DNA of 59,478 nt, filler included, from Sphacelaria rigidula (Eukaryota): NCBI GenBank assembly GCA_964200075.2. It is 10 parts of 10 records of this genome, joined end to end, with 100 filler letters (N's around TTAATTAATTAA, not from the genome) between each part and the next. Parts side by side here need not be neighbours in the genome. Positions count along the whole stretch, not along the records: positions 47,665 to 53,521 come from CAXNAA020023936.1; positions 53,622 to 59,478 come from CAXNAA020023937.1; 8 more parts are not named here. One strand, given 5' to 3'. Below are positions 49,354 to 59,478 of the stretch, piece by piece; positions within the stretch are counted from its first letter, which is position 1, and each line of letters starts with the position of its first letter. A model generated the notes under the pieces. The model did no database searches. It saw only the letters and a program-made list of their open reading frames with translations, and was not told the origin of the DNA. Both the position numbers and the translations under genes were made by a program.

Positions 49354-52300
49354 AAACAAAGGATTTCGGTAGGAGTCTTGGAGCTGTGGAAACCTGATAC
49401 ACCACGGACGCGTGGAGAGGGTTCCAGCTGGGGCAGCTGCAGAAAGGCGGCTGGCCTGTGATTGATTCAGACTGGAGACTTGCTGAAGCTGCGTGCAGCA
49501 GGAGTTTGGAGGCTCCTACAACTGTGTGGTGCGGCGACGAAGCAAGGAAAGTGCAATTCGCGAAGGTTCGGTGGCCTGCGAATGTTTGCAGATGGCCGGT
49601 TACAGCTACAGCTATGGCGACACCCCTGGTCATGCGGGGAGATTTGCGAAATGATAGACCTGTTGAGCGCGCGATGCTTCGGTAAGTTGGACCTCCTATG
49701 GGGGTACTGGCAGATGTCGTTGGCCGAAGAGGCGCGAGAGATATTCACCATCACGACTCCGTTTGGCATGTTTACCCCGCAACGAGTACCGCAAGGCTTG
49801 TTGAATGCTACTTCCTATTTTCAAGGTGTCATGGTACACCTTTTAGATGGCTTGAAATGCAAGATCTGGGTGAATGATGTCTTTTTCTTCGCGGATACGG
49901 AAGACGAACTGTTGGATACTCTTGATGCAATCTTGGCTCGTTTAGAGAGTGGTCTGTTTGCTGCTGCCCACAAGTGTTCTTTTTTTGCCAGTGAATTAGT
50001 GTGGTGTGGGAAGTATATTCACACGGCCGCGTGTCGCATGACCCCGTCCGCTTGCAAGGTTTCTCTGACATGCGGCGTCCAGAAACAGCAGCAGAACTAA
50101 TGTAATTACTGCACGCAATGAATTGGTTGCGTACCTCGTTGCCACGTATGGCCGAAGTGGTGGCGCCCTTGCGCGTTTCCCTAGAAGAACTCATGGTGGG
50201 GGCTGCAAGGCGCTCGAAGCCGGTGGCCAAAAACCGCGTTCTTCCGCCCGCATCGTGGAAGGAGGACAGGCCGCAGGCATGAGCGAAAGCGAAGGATCTC
50301 GTGGCTTATGCCGTGACGCTGTTCCATCCCCGCCCCAGTTGCCAGGTGCTGATGTTTCCGGATGCATTCGAGTGTCATTGGGGTAGTTTTGTAACGCAGG
50401 TGCCTGATGCAGAAATGCGAGAACGGTTGCCGCTTGAAGACATGACGCATGAACCGCTGGCTTTTCTTAGTGGTAATTTCAAGGGTTCATAGATGCGTTG
50501 GGCAACCATTGACAAGGAAGGTTTTGCTATCGTGAGCACTTTTCGTCGTCTCGAGCATCTATTGTGGAATGGCGGGCACATTTTCACGGATCACCGCAAT
50601 CTAGCGTACATTTCAACCCGGAGGCATGCGTGACGTCTGTGTCGAAGGCGTTGGCACAGCGATGGAAGGGGTGGAAAGGTGTATTAGGCCAGTATCGGTG
50701 CACGATTTGTCATATTTCGGGTGAACGTAACGCGTAAGGTGACTTTCTGTCGCGCTGGATAAATATTCCCACTTTGCCTGCGCGCGCTGTGGCTGCGCAT
50801 GGTCCGTGTGAACCTGATGACCCGATGCCGTCCAAATCTGTTGTCCGCCAAGCGCAACGAAAAGACCTTGGGGCCGAAGATGCGGATGTGCAATACTTCG
50901 AGTCGAACGTTGGCACTGCTATCTTGGCCAATGAAGGTCTGTTTCGTGTGCATGTGCGAGGCCGAAACCTTTTGTGGATTCCGAGTTCTGACAAGCAGTT
51001 GCAGGTACGTCTGATGATTTGCACGCACATGCGCGACGCCGGGCATCGTGGTATGGCTACGACGCTCGTGCGCTTGCAAGAGTTTTGTGTCTGGCAGGGG
51101 ATAGAAACTCATGTGCTCGAATTTGTCCGCCAGTGTCTTCACTGTACTGACTCGAGGGCGGGCGATGTTGTTCCCCGCCCGCTCGGCGAAACGGCCCATG
51201 GGACCACGCCGAATGAAGTCGTTCATTTTGACTTCTTGTAGGTGGGCGAGAGTGGCCCGCTACTTTCCCAAGGTTTGTCGGAGGATGCTGGGTTTCGATA
51301 CATTTTGGTCATCATGGATGATTTGAGCAACCTTGTTGCTCTGGAACCAGTAGAAGTGTGTACTGCTGAATCGACCGCTACATCTTTGCTGAATTGGTGC
51401 AAAACTTTGGGGGTGCCGCGTGTGGGGGTGAGTGATACCGCCACGCATTTCAAGAATGCGATCTTGACCCGATTGCGAGAGGCTTTCCGCGTTGATCACC
51501 TGTTTGCGGTAGCGTATTCTCCGTGGTCTAACGGTACGTGCGAACGCATGGTCAAGGAAATGGTTCGTGCTCTCCGCTCTATTCTTTTCGAGCAGCGTAG
51601 AGCGGTGTCCGAGTGGGTGGACGTGTTGCTGGCGGTGCAATGGGCGCTAAATACAGCGTATCGTCGTCGTTACGATAGTACGCCGTACCACGTGACGTTT
51701 GGTCGTGCCCCTCGTCTTTCTCGGTGCTGGCGTCTTCGTCGGCGGGGGAATGGAAGTGTGATGTTTTGGACGATGTTCAAATTAAGAGTGCATTGCAAGG
51801 AGTCTTGGACTTGCAAGAACGTTTCCACGTTCAAGTGCAGGAACGTGTTGCCGCTGAACGTGCGCGTAGACGTGAGGGGTCCTCGTCGGGGCTGGAATTG
51901 CCGAAGTTTGAGGTAGGCGACTATGTCTTGTATGCACGCGTGCGTCGTCCGGGTGTTACGCCCAAGTTGATGGCGACGTGGACTGGTCCATGGAGAGTGG
52001 TTGGTGCTCACCATCCGCCCGTGTTTGAGATTCAGAACATTATTTCGGGTCGTGTTCAGACCGCCCATGTAGCTCGTTTGCGCTTTTATGCAGACTCGCA
52101 GCTTAATGTTACGGCTGACGTTAAGGACGTATTCCAGCATGCTTTCAATCAGGGACAATTTGTGATGGCTGGTATTGTCCAAGTGGCAGATTCAGATGAT
52201 CGTTCGTTGATCGTGCTGGTCGACTGGGTTGGTTTCGAAGTTCAGGAGCGTACGTGGGAGCCTTTCAAGGATATTTTTGAGGCCGCTCCGGAATTCCTTA

Positions 52301-52481
52301 CGGAGGAGTTGCGTAAATTGCGCGTGACTCGTGCCGTTGCTGCTCGCGTTACGAGTGAGTTTGGTATTCAGCTGTGACTTACTCATCGTTTTGGCGTTTT
52401 CTATGTTTCGGCTTTTTGTCATTCAATGGTCAGGCTTCTCGAACCTCATTTTCATGACGAACCTCATTTTATAGGATTCCC

Positions 52482-53300
52482 TGTTATTTGCAACAATTTT
52501 ATTATTCAGGAGTGCCCTGGAAGGGCACTAGCTTTCTAGATCTGCAGATACCATCTCCGTGTCCCCGGTCATTATCCAGAACTCTCCAGAATCTCGGTGT
52601 CCCTAGTTATTATCCATCTCATCACTACCCACTCAACGTACGGCGTATTTTCGTCACAGCACCTCCAAAGCGCGTTGGACGAAAATCGATCAACAAGCTT
52701 GAACCCTCATGAGTACCGCACGACAGCGCTGATGTGCAATTTTGGGGAGGAGTAGCAAGTGCCTCCGTGGTTGTACGTGCCGCCCATCCCTGGTTTGCTG
52801 CGGGCGACGGACCACAACAACTTTTTGTCCGTGCGAATGTGTTTGTTTGATTGTCGACGATGTTCTCACTATTGTTTGTCTCGAGGCCCGTGTCCAGAAG
52901 AAAATCTCTGGCGTCAAGTTGCTCGTCAGTGACGCGCTGGTGGGATATCACTGCCAACGCAGTGATGTGCCGAGCGGATGATTGGGCGTCCACTATCCTG
53001 AAGAAGGTCACATGAAAAAGCATCATGAATCTCCTTCTTTGACGATCGATGCACAACTTGAATAATATATTGCACGGATCCACCGTACTGCAAATACCCG
53101 TCGAGCTTTCCAATCCGGTTTGAGCACATATATATGATGCATCAATGTCTCAGTCGAAAGAAAAGTCGTTTGTATCCACCTCAAAATCGCTTCGTATGGT
53201 CCCGTCATACATCCCATCGCAACACCCCATCCATGCTACATGACAGCATCTCGACCCCGCCCTGAACTGTACGTTCGCGTCCACATCCCGACCTGTATGT
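52482..53300 (-). mobile_element. 3' remnant of a second Gypsy element (integrase C-terminus + 3' LTR 52658-52482)
   Basis: Frameshifted SDFEV…FLSTETL…VRWI…IHDAFHV, typical of the post-IN GPY/F-SH3 region; the LTR reads TGTGAC…AATAAA…AACA on the minus strand. Confidence 0.6.
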
Positions 53301-53521
53301 GAACCTATTGTTTTCACTCTCCAACTGCGCCACTGCAACTCGAGACTCCAGCGTCATCACTAATGTTACTGCAATCATCACCATCATCACCATCGCCATC
53401 AGTACTCAACAGAGGATTCTATAAAATGAGGTTCATCATTGAAATGAGGTTCGAGCCCAAAACAGTACTTTCTCCACACATTCAGCGATGGTGCCCGACG
53501 ACTGGGTTGTCGACCTATGGC

Positions 53522-53621
53522 NNNNNNNNNNNNNNNNNNNNNNNNNNNNNNNNNNNNNNNNNNNNTTAATTAATTAANNNNNNNNNNNNNNNNNNNNNNN
53601 NNNNNNNNNNNNNNNNNNNNN
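53522..53621. other. Artificial contig linker
   Basis: Same structure. Confidence 0.98.
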
Positions 53622-53687
53622 TTCGAACCCACGACCCAACCGTCAGAAGGTTTCGAAGTTACCAACTGAGCCACCGGGGCGACCGGC
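53622..53687 (-). mobile_element. SINE family D head, cut by contig end
   Basis: Reverse complement GCCGGTCGCCCCGGTGGCTCAGTTGG…GGGTTCGAA. Confidence 0.8.
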
Positions 53688-53699
53688 TCTGCTACATAA

Positions 53700-54690
53700 T
53701 AAATAGCCGAATCACAGCGGCAGTGAGCGGTAATGCATAGAGACGGCAACGATGGCATCCAGCCAGTAGAAGGCATCGATAAAGTATGTAGCTTTAATGC
53801 CAAGGATCACTTCCGCAGTCGTGAAGACCAAGATCCCGCCGACCGAATTCACACTGATGAAGCCGGAGAACAGCGTGCTTCGACTGGAATCTTGAAACAG
53901 GGACAAAATCCGAAATAGCTGAATAGACACTATTTTTCTATTCCTTCCCCAGGAAGATGACCACACTACTTCCGATACTATCGAGTTGGAACGGCGCGAG
54001 CTATTTGCAGGTAGGGGGTTTGCAAATAAGAGCGTGCAGGTCGCAAACGCCTCCAGAGCACTTCCGGAAGAAATCCAAATCCAAATACTGAACACACGAA
54101 ACAACATTCATTCGTATTCCACAGTCGTTCACACCAGGGTGGCGTAGCCCAGGTGACCAGCAGTGTTCCGACAAGTTTACGGCGCCAAGCTTGTCACCAC
54201 CCCAAAAATGAAGACGCGACAGAGTCAAAGAAGTGAAGAGAACACTAGACGGCAATGATGCTGATGCACAGCTATAGAACTCGTGTGTCTCTGAAGTCAT
54301 GTCCTCAACGAAGTCTGGCTCAATTACACCAAGTACAGCGCGCAAACCAGCGATGTATACCCCTAAAACATGAAGTCACTACTTGTACGAGCGAAAATAT
54401 AATTTCCCAACATGCCCCTCGGACACGCGATCGAAGAAAACTGACTCTGCACGAGTATATGCACGCCTCAACTCTACAGGCAGATACGACTAGATACGGA
54501 CCATCGTTCAAGATTAAGATCGCACCAAACATCTCTCGGGATAAGACAATAAATGTACGCAGTAGTGGAGAGGTTCATGACCTCCTAGCACATAAATGAA
54601 TAAGAGGCTAGCCGACTGCGTGCGATTAGACGGGAGACCAAGGAAGCCCAAATAGCACAGCAATGACGACGGTCCAGAGAAGGGGGGTTG
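53700..54690 (+). pseudogene. Highly decayed coding-like relic, possibly Ty1/Copia RT-RNase H 3' end
   Basis: Broken frames; only vague motif echoes (…KIKIxxIS.DK…), followed by purine run AGAAGGGGG. Confidence 0.25.
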
Positions 54691-55168
54691 GGGGATTAAC
54701 TCCCCCGACAAGGGGTGTCGTTATGTCATGCAGTGCTTCTCTTGGTACACCTGGTATGCTTGTACGTATGGCTGTCCCTCGAGAGGCCGAAAGATGGAAC
54801 CTTGCGACTCTTGGTTCTTTGGTTGGCGGTATTGGGGGCCTTGAGTCTCGCCCGTAGTCGGACCCTGTGTTCATTTCTACTTGGCGTCGCGCGTCGAGTT
54901 GGGAAGCCGGGTGCCACCCCCTGAAGTCCGAATGGCCACCTGCGGCACCGGATCTTCTGAGGTTAGCCATGTGTAATATATTTCTTTATTATTTATCCCT
55001 GTTTTCCTTGTATCTCGTTTTGTGAGTTTTAATCTGGGTCTATTTCGTCTTTAGTTTTTTTGTGTTAGTCTGTGACCACGGAAGGCGTCCGCATCAGATG
55101 CCCTGTACGAATTTACCGCGCAGATATCGGAACGGTTTTTATGTGAAGACAACAACAACAACAACAGC
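54688..55168 (+). repeat. Unclassified repeat-like segment ending in (CAA)n; LTR or retroposon tail
   Basis: Follows a polypurine tract; AT-rich block, then TGTGACCACGG…(CAA)5. Confidence 0.3.
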
Positions 55169-55944
55169 AGTAGACTGCCTTCACTTTACCTCAACATTCT
55201 CGTCTTCAGCAGGAATCTGCGCCGCCGGAACGTGGACCCGTTCGTACACATGCGTTTTGGCAAAACGGAGAAACTAAAGAAAATCTCTGCATCATCTGCC
55301 GTGCGTATGGAGATATTGCCATCTGGGTGTGGGGTCTTAGTACGGAGGAACATTGTTAGTAGGAGCAAAAAACGCGAAAAGACAAAAGTTCGAAAATAAA
55401 TGTGCGAATGACAGTTATAGTCAGACCCTTCTACACGATATTTTCATCTCCAGTCAATTTTCAGACAAAACCAACGGGATGGCATGTGTACTGGTATGCA
55501 TTGGGCACACCGTACGAAACCTGGCAACTATGGCTATCCAACGATGGTGGTTTCGTCCTCAGGCGTATCGTACAGCATACAAGAGGTCATGTTGATGATG
55601 ACACCCTTGGTTTTTGTTCGAGGGGAGACACGACGTCTCCACATTCCTGAAGAAACACGCACACGACGTATCAATGAAAACCTTGGAATATGACCGAGGG
55701 GGCTCTTGAAACCGTTATTGAAAATTGAAAATGCGCTGGAGATATGCCCAATCGAATTGGTGGTCTCCAGATTACAGCGTACCCCGCAGCTATGCCCCGC
55801 AAGAGGGGTAGCAAAACAGCAGCGCCTCCTGGCACTGCCCCAAAAGTGGCGAGAAGAGACAAGCCACACGCGTACATCAAGAGGAAGGAGATAAAATGTT
55901 GTGAAGAAGTTGTGGCTACAGAGAAGGAAGCCATTGCTGCAGAC

Positions 55945-58233
55945 AAAGCAGCTGTTGTTGAATTTGACGTCAACCCGCCCTAGATATGACATGCGAAATC
56001 TCCAACCATCCCTGATGCATGATCGGAGGGGCACCGACTGGAAAAATTCACGAGATGAGCCTTACTTTTTTGTGTGCATTTTCTTTCTTGCTTTTTTTTT
56101 GCTGAATGTTAATCCTGTGGACCTTGCGGTTCATCCGAGCTGCCGTTTGTTGAACTTGACGTCAACGCCGTAGATATGGCATGCCATATCCCCAACCCCT
56201 GATGCATGACACAAGCGGCCATTCGGCTATCCCCTTAAAATCCTCTGTCGCGATTTTCATCCTCTCGAGGGTAAAGTGACCCTCGGGAGGATGAAAACAC
56301 CCTCTAGAGGGTATTCTATACTCGGTTTCGGTCATGAAACGAATCCTCTGGAGGGCATCTGATGCTCCAGTGACTTCCGAGATCTGAATCCCTTCAGAGT
56401 ATACCAAAATATGGTGCTCTGGGGAACGCGGTTTTCGTGAACGTCCCTTTAGAGGGAAATATGAGCAGCAGAGGGAAACATCAGCATCATTCCTGTGCAG
56501 GAGGGACCGAGTATGGCCTCTGAGGCATTTGTTGCGACTCCGGAGGACATGGCCGTGCAGTAGTCTCCAGCATGTACATTTACACTTTTGCACTTGTGTC
56601 CTAATAACTGCTTCCAGGGGACCTTTGGGACCATCACGCCAGATACAATATGTGTATCACCCGCCGTTCACAGATTGAATTGTAAACCCGACAACACTTC
56701 TTTCCCGCTATAATACCGCCACAATAAGCCTGCAACAAAGAACACGAGTTGGGCACAGGGATATAGATACACACCGCAGTAGTTGGGCATGATGTATGTC
56801 TTGTTGGTGGAAGTTTCAACTTGAGCAGCGGGGTATGGTGCGGGCAACAACCCGCGGTTTACTGCATAGTCTACAACACACCCGTGGACAGTGCAGGCAG
56901 ACAAAGCTGCGCACACTGTTCAAGCCCTATTCACGTCGCACTGTAAGCAGAAAACATGCATACAGTCCTGCGCTGTCTGTACGGCACTTTGTCCGCTTCC
57001 CTTTCACGTTCTACTGATTGCAGCGGTGGGCATGCTGCAAGTACGGGCATCGTGATGTATACTCAGTAGCTGGCGGTATATAACACCCCCATGCACCCAG
57101 AGTTACAGGTATCCACTTTGTTCAGCCATACGTGGCGCATATGCCGCGCTAACTCTACCGTACATTGCACCGCACGTACATAATCATGATATGATACTCT
57201 CCTGCACGGTATTGTACACTTCAGTACAGCATCAAATCATGCTTATTGTTGTGATGGTTGTGGTGGTCATATCGTCATCAACGTACAGACAAAACGGCGA
57301 TCATAATTTTTCGCGTGTGAAAAAATGCTGCACTTTGGTGTTCGGATGGTAAACACAGGACTACGGGGTTTTCAACACCTTTGTGTTCAAATGTAAAGGG
57401 TTCATTAAATTTCAGCAGCACAACCACAAGCTAAAGCTGAATAGCATGGCTGTGCGTACATATACTCACAATCGGTACGTGGAATTTGAAACCAGCCATG
57501 GCTATCGAAGACTTCGATCCGCGTGCCCAATTGATATATGAAATGGGGGGCAAGAGGATGAGTTTTCAACGACTTCTCCTGTTTCTCGAATCTCATCCAC
57601 TGATACGGTGCACTATGTGGGACTTGAACAGCAGAAGCTGCTCGTTAATGAGTCCTATTTTTGCCCATTTTCAGGTATTGGCGGGCAAAATGAGGATCTA
57701 TTTCGAACGGTTTCTGGTGTACAAATTCTATCTGCGAGAGTACATTGGATTTTCACAGCCTCTGCTGTTCGAAATAAATATTTTTTGCTTGATTCCAATA
57801 ACTTGCAATCAGGATTTATTTCGAACAGCAGAGGCTGTGAAAATTCCAGATTTCAATCGTACTTGTGCCTCCAAAAACAATCCAGGGAATTATAATATCG
57901 GCACAGACCTTCGAGGGCCCCGACATTGAAAATACTCTAGTGGATTACGAATACCCAAGATCCTCTAGGGGGGATTTCAAAATAGACGGAACCGAGGAGG
58001 ACGCTTGAAAATTCCTCTACGAGGTAACCGAATGGCCGCGTGTGGATCGAAGGGGCACCGACTGGAATAATTCACGAAATGAGCCTCACCTTTTTGTGTG
58101 CATTTTTATTTTTATTTTTGTGTTCTTGAGTGTTGATCGCGTGGACCTTGTGGTACATCCGAGCTGCTGTTTATTCACTTTGACGTCAACACGCCGTAGA
58201 AGTGGCATGCCACATCTCCAACCAACAGTGAAT
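55945..58233. repeat. ~195-bp tandem repeat units (55945-56209 and 58045-58233) split by a DNA transposon
   Basis: TTGACGTCAAC…TAGA…CATGC…TC.CCAACC and GATCG.AGGGGCACCGACTGGAA.AATTCACGA occur on both sides. Confidence 0.8.
56210..58044. mobile_element. Non-autonomous CAC…GTG DNA transposon (CACTA/CMC-like), 1835 bp, 2-bp TSD
   Basis: GA|CACAAGCGGCCATTCGG … CCGAATGGCCGCGTGTG|GA; subterminal CCTCT(A/G)GAGG repeats; removing the element restores the satellite unit CATGATCG. Confidence 0.8.
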
Positions 58234-59478
58234 CCTAGAAAATGAGGTTCATATAAAATATGGAGTTGGAGTGGCATTTCTCTTTTGCAGGGAAGACGCG
58301 AAACACTTGCGACCGAGCGAAGCCATCTTCTCCCCCAAATGTCCGCAGCAGCTGAGCAGCTATGGCTAGGTGCACCTAACGATTGCGGTGTACACGCGTG
58401 TCGATGACGATATCGCCAGAGCGAGAAGCAACGACAGAGAGGAAGCTCCTCGCCCGTGTCATTTGTGTGTCCCGGCTCGGCGATTACCAAACTCTCGAGA
58501 GACTGGCATCATCGATCTTCCCAGCATGTGCCGAATTTTCCATGTGCCAGGACATCGACGTGCGGAGAAATTCCGTCGTCTCTTCCTGCCTGTCGCCAAC
58601 GCGAAGATCGACTTCTCTCTGCCTCTCGTTTTGGACAGGACGTGCCTCTGTGTGCTGCAAAACATGTTAAACAAATAGTGCAATGTTCCCGTCACCGCTA
58701 CTACTGTTCTCTGTCACACACATGCCAGCAAGGACGGTGCTGCGGCAATAATAGATAGATCCAATCTGAACTTAGGGGGTGTTATTCATCGTTGACTTTC
58801 GGCGACCTCCCCCAACCGGGGCTTGACCACACGCCAGTTGAGGGGTGTGTGTGAGAGATCAAACACTTGTAGAGATCTTTTTGACATGCGGAGTGAAGAA
58901 AGATGCATATGGTGGTGACCTAACTGTTGCTAGCGTGGCGCATAGGCAATCTGCAGCACACGCTGGTCGCGTGGACAGCTTGATACAGTAGGAGTAGCTT
59001 CCCATAAGTAATAATTATTCCGATGTCAGGAGGACGTGGTCACGGTGAGAAAGTACACACCGAAGTCGCAAGATCTGTGAAAGCTAGAAAGTTTGATTTT
59101 TATGAGCTGCATCCACAAAATGAAAGCGGTTCTCTCAACCTGAGAGAAGGTGGCCGCTTCGGGTCCACATAAACATCCGAAAAAGCCATCGAACAGCAGT
59201 ATGAAACTTTTCCGCGATCGGCATCGGACAGTGCTCGAACAACGGAACAGAAATCGACAAGTTACCGTTCGTATTAGAAAACAATGCGCGTGGAACGCTT
59301 TGCAGCTTCAAAAACACAGATTTTGATGGGGAGAAACTTCTCCGGGCCCCCATGTGTGTTGTATCCGCCTGTAAAAGTCTTCCCTCGTTCATCGATGCCT
59401 GGGCGTCATTTTCCCTGATAATACCCCCCCTCAAAAAAGGGGGGAAATGACGGTTTCGGTCAGCGCTGTAAGCTCACA

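Larger units (their letters stand above)
49042..52377 (+). mobile_element. Decayed, internally deleted Ty3/Gypsy element with chromodomain
   Basis: TG…CA LTR-like segment 49042-49211; RT FGKLDLLWGYWQM…PQGLLNA…IWVND; RNase H FPDA…EPLAFLSG…EGFAIV…FTDHRNL; IN H..AGHRG…CLHC, FDF, DDLS, SDTATHF, NGTCER; WTGPWRVV; chromo VLVDWVGF…TWEP; stops and frameshifts; gag/PR not seen. Confidence 0.92.

Noticed and set aside
58300..59434. Minus-strand coding-like relics
   Set aside because: Broken frames and no motif I can name

Overview
Eukaryotic, intron-rich, TE-dense sequence of roughly balanced GC content, most consistent with a brown alga or related photosynthetic stramenopile. This assignment is an inference from short exons in kb-long introns, an ASAFAP-type plastid pre-sequence and a plastid ilvB-like fragment. 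The window is NOT one locus. It is ten length-sorted contigs (eight of 5858 bp, two of 5857 bp) joined by an artificial N44-TTAATTAATTAA-N44 linker, so adjacency across linkers means nothing. Supported host-gene fragments, with in-phase GT-AG exons: TOR kinase (4 exons, with a very long Gly/Pro/Ala insertion), a Clu/CLUH-family protein (3 exons), a CXXC zinc-finger protein (3 exons), phosducin-like PhLP2/PDCL3 (last 2 exons), and the first exon of a plastid-targeted protein. Mobile DNA: two decayed chromodomain-bearing Ty3/Gypsy elements, a third Gypsy 3' end lying tail-to-tail with one of them, a LINE RT scrap, two tRNA-headed SINE families, and many MITE/foldback elements, several with readable TSDs. 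I found no CRISPR array, operon or multi-gene system. The best novelty candidates are a possible second Tudor/PWWP-like reader domain behind a Gypsy chromodomain, a foldback element with telomere-like ends, a GAC...GTC MITE family with 4-bp TSDs, the expanded TOR loop and an ilvB NUPT. All family assignments were made by eye from recalled motifs; no searches were run.
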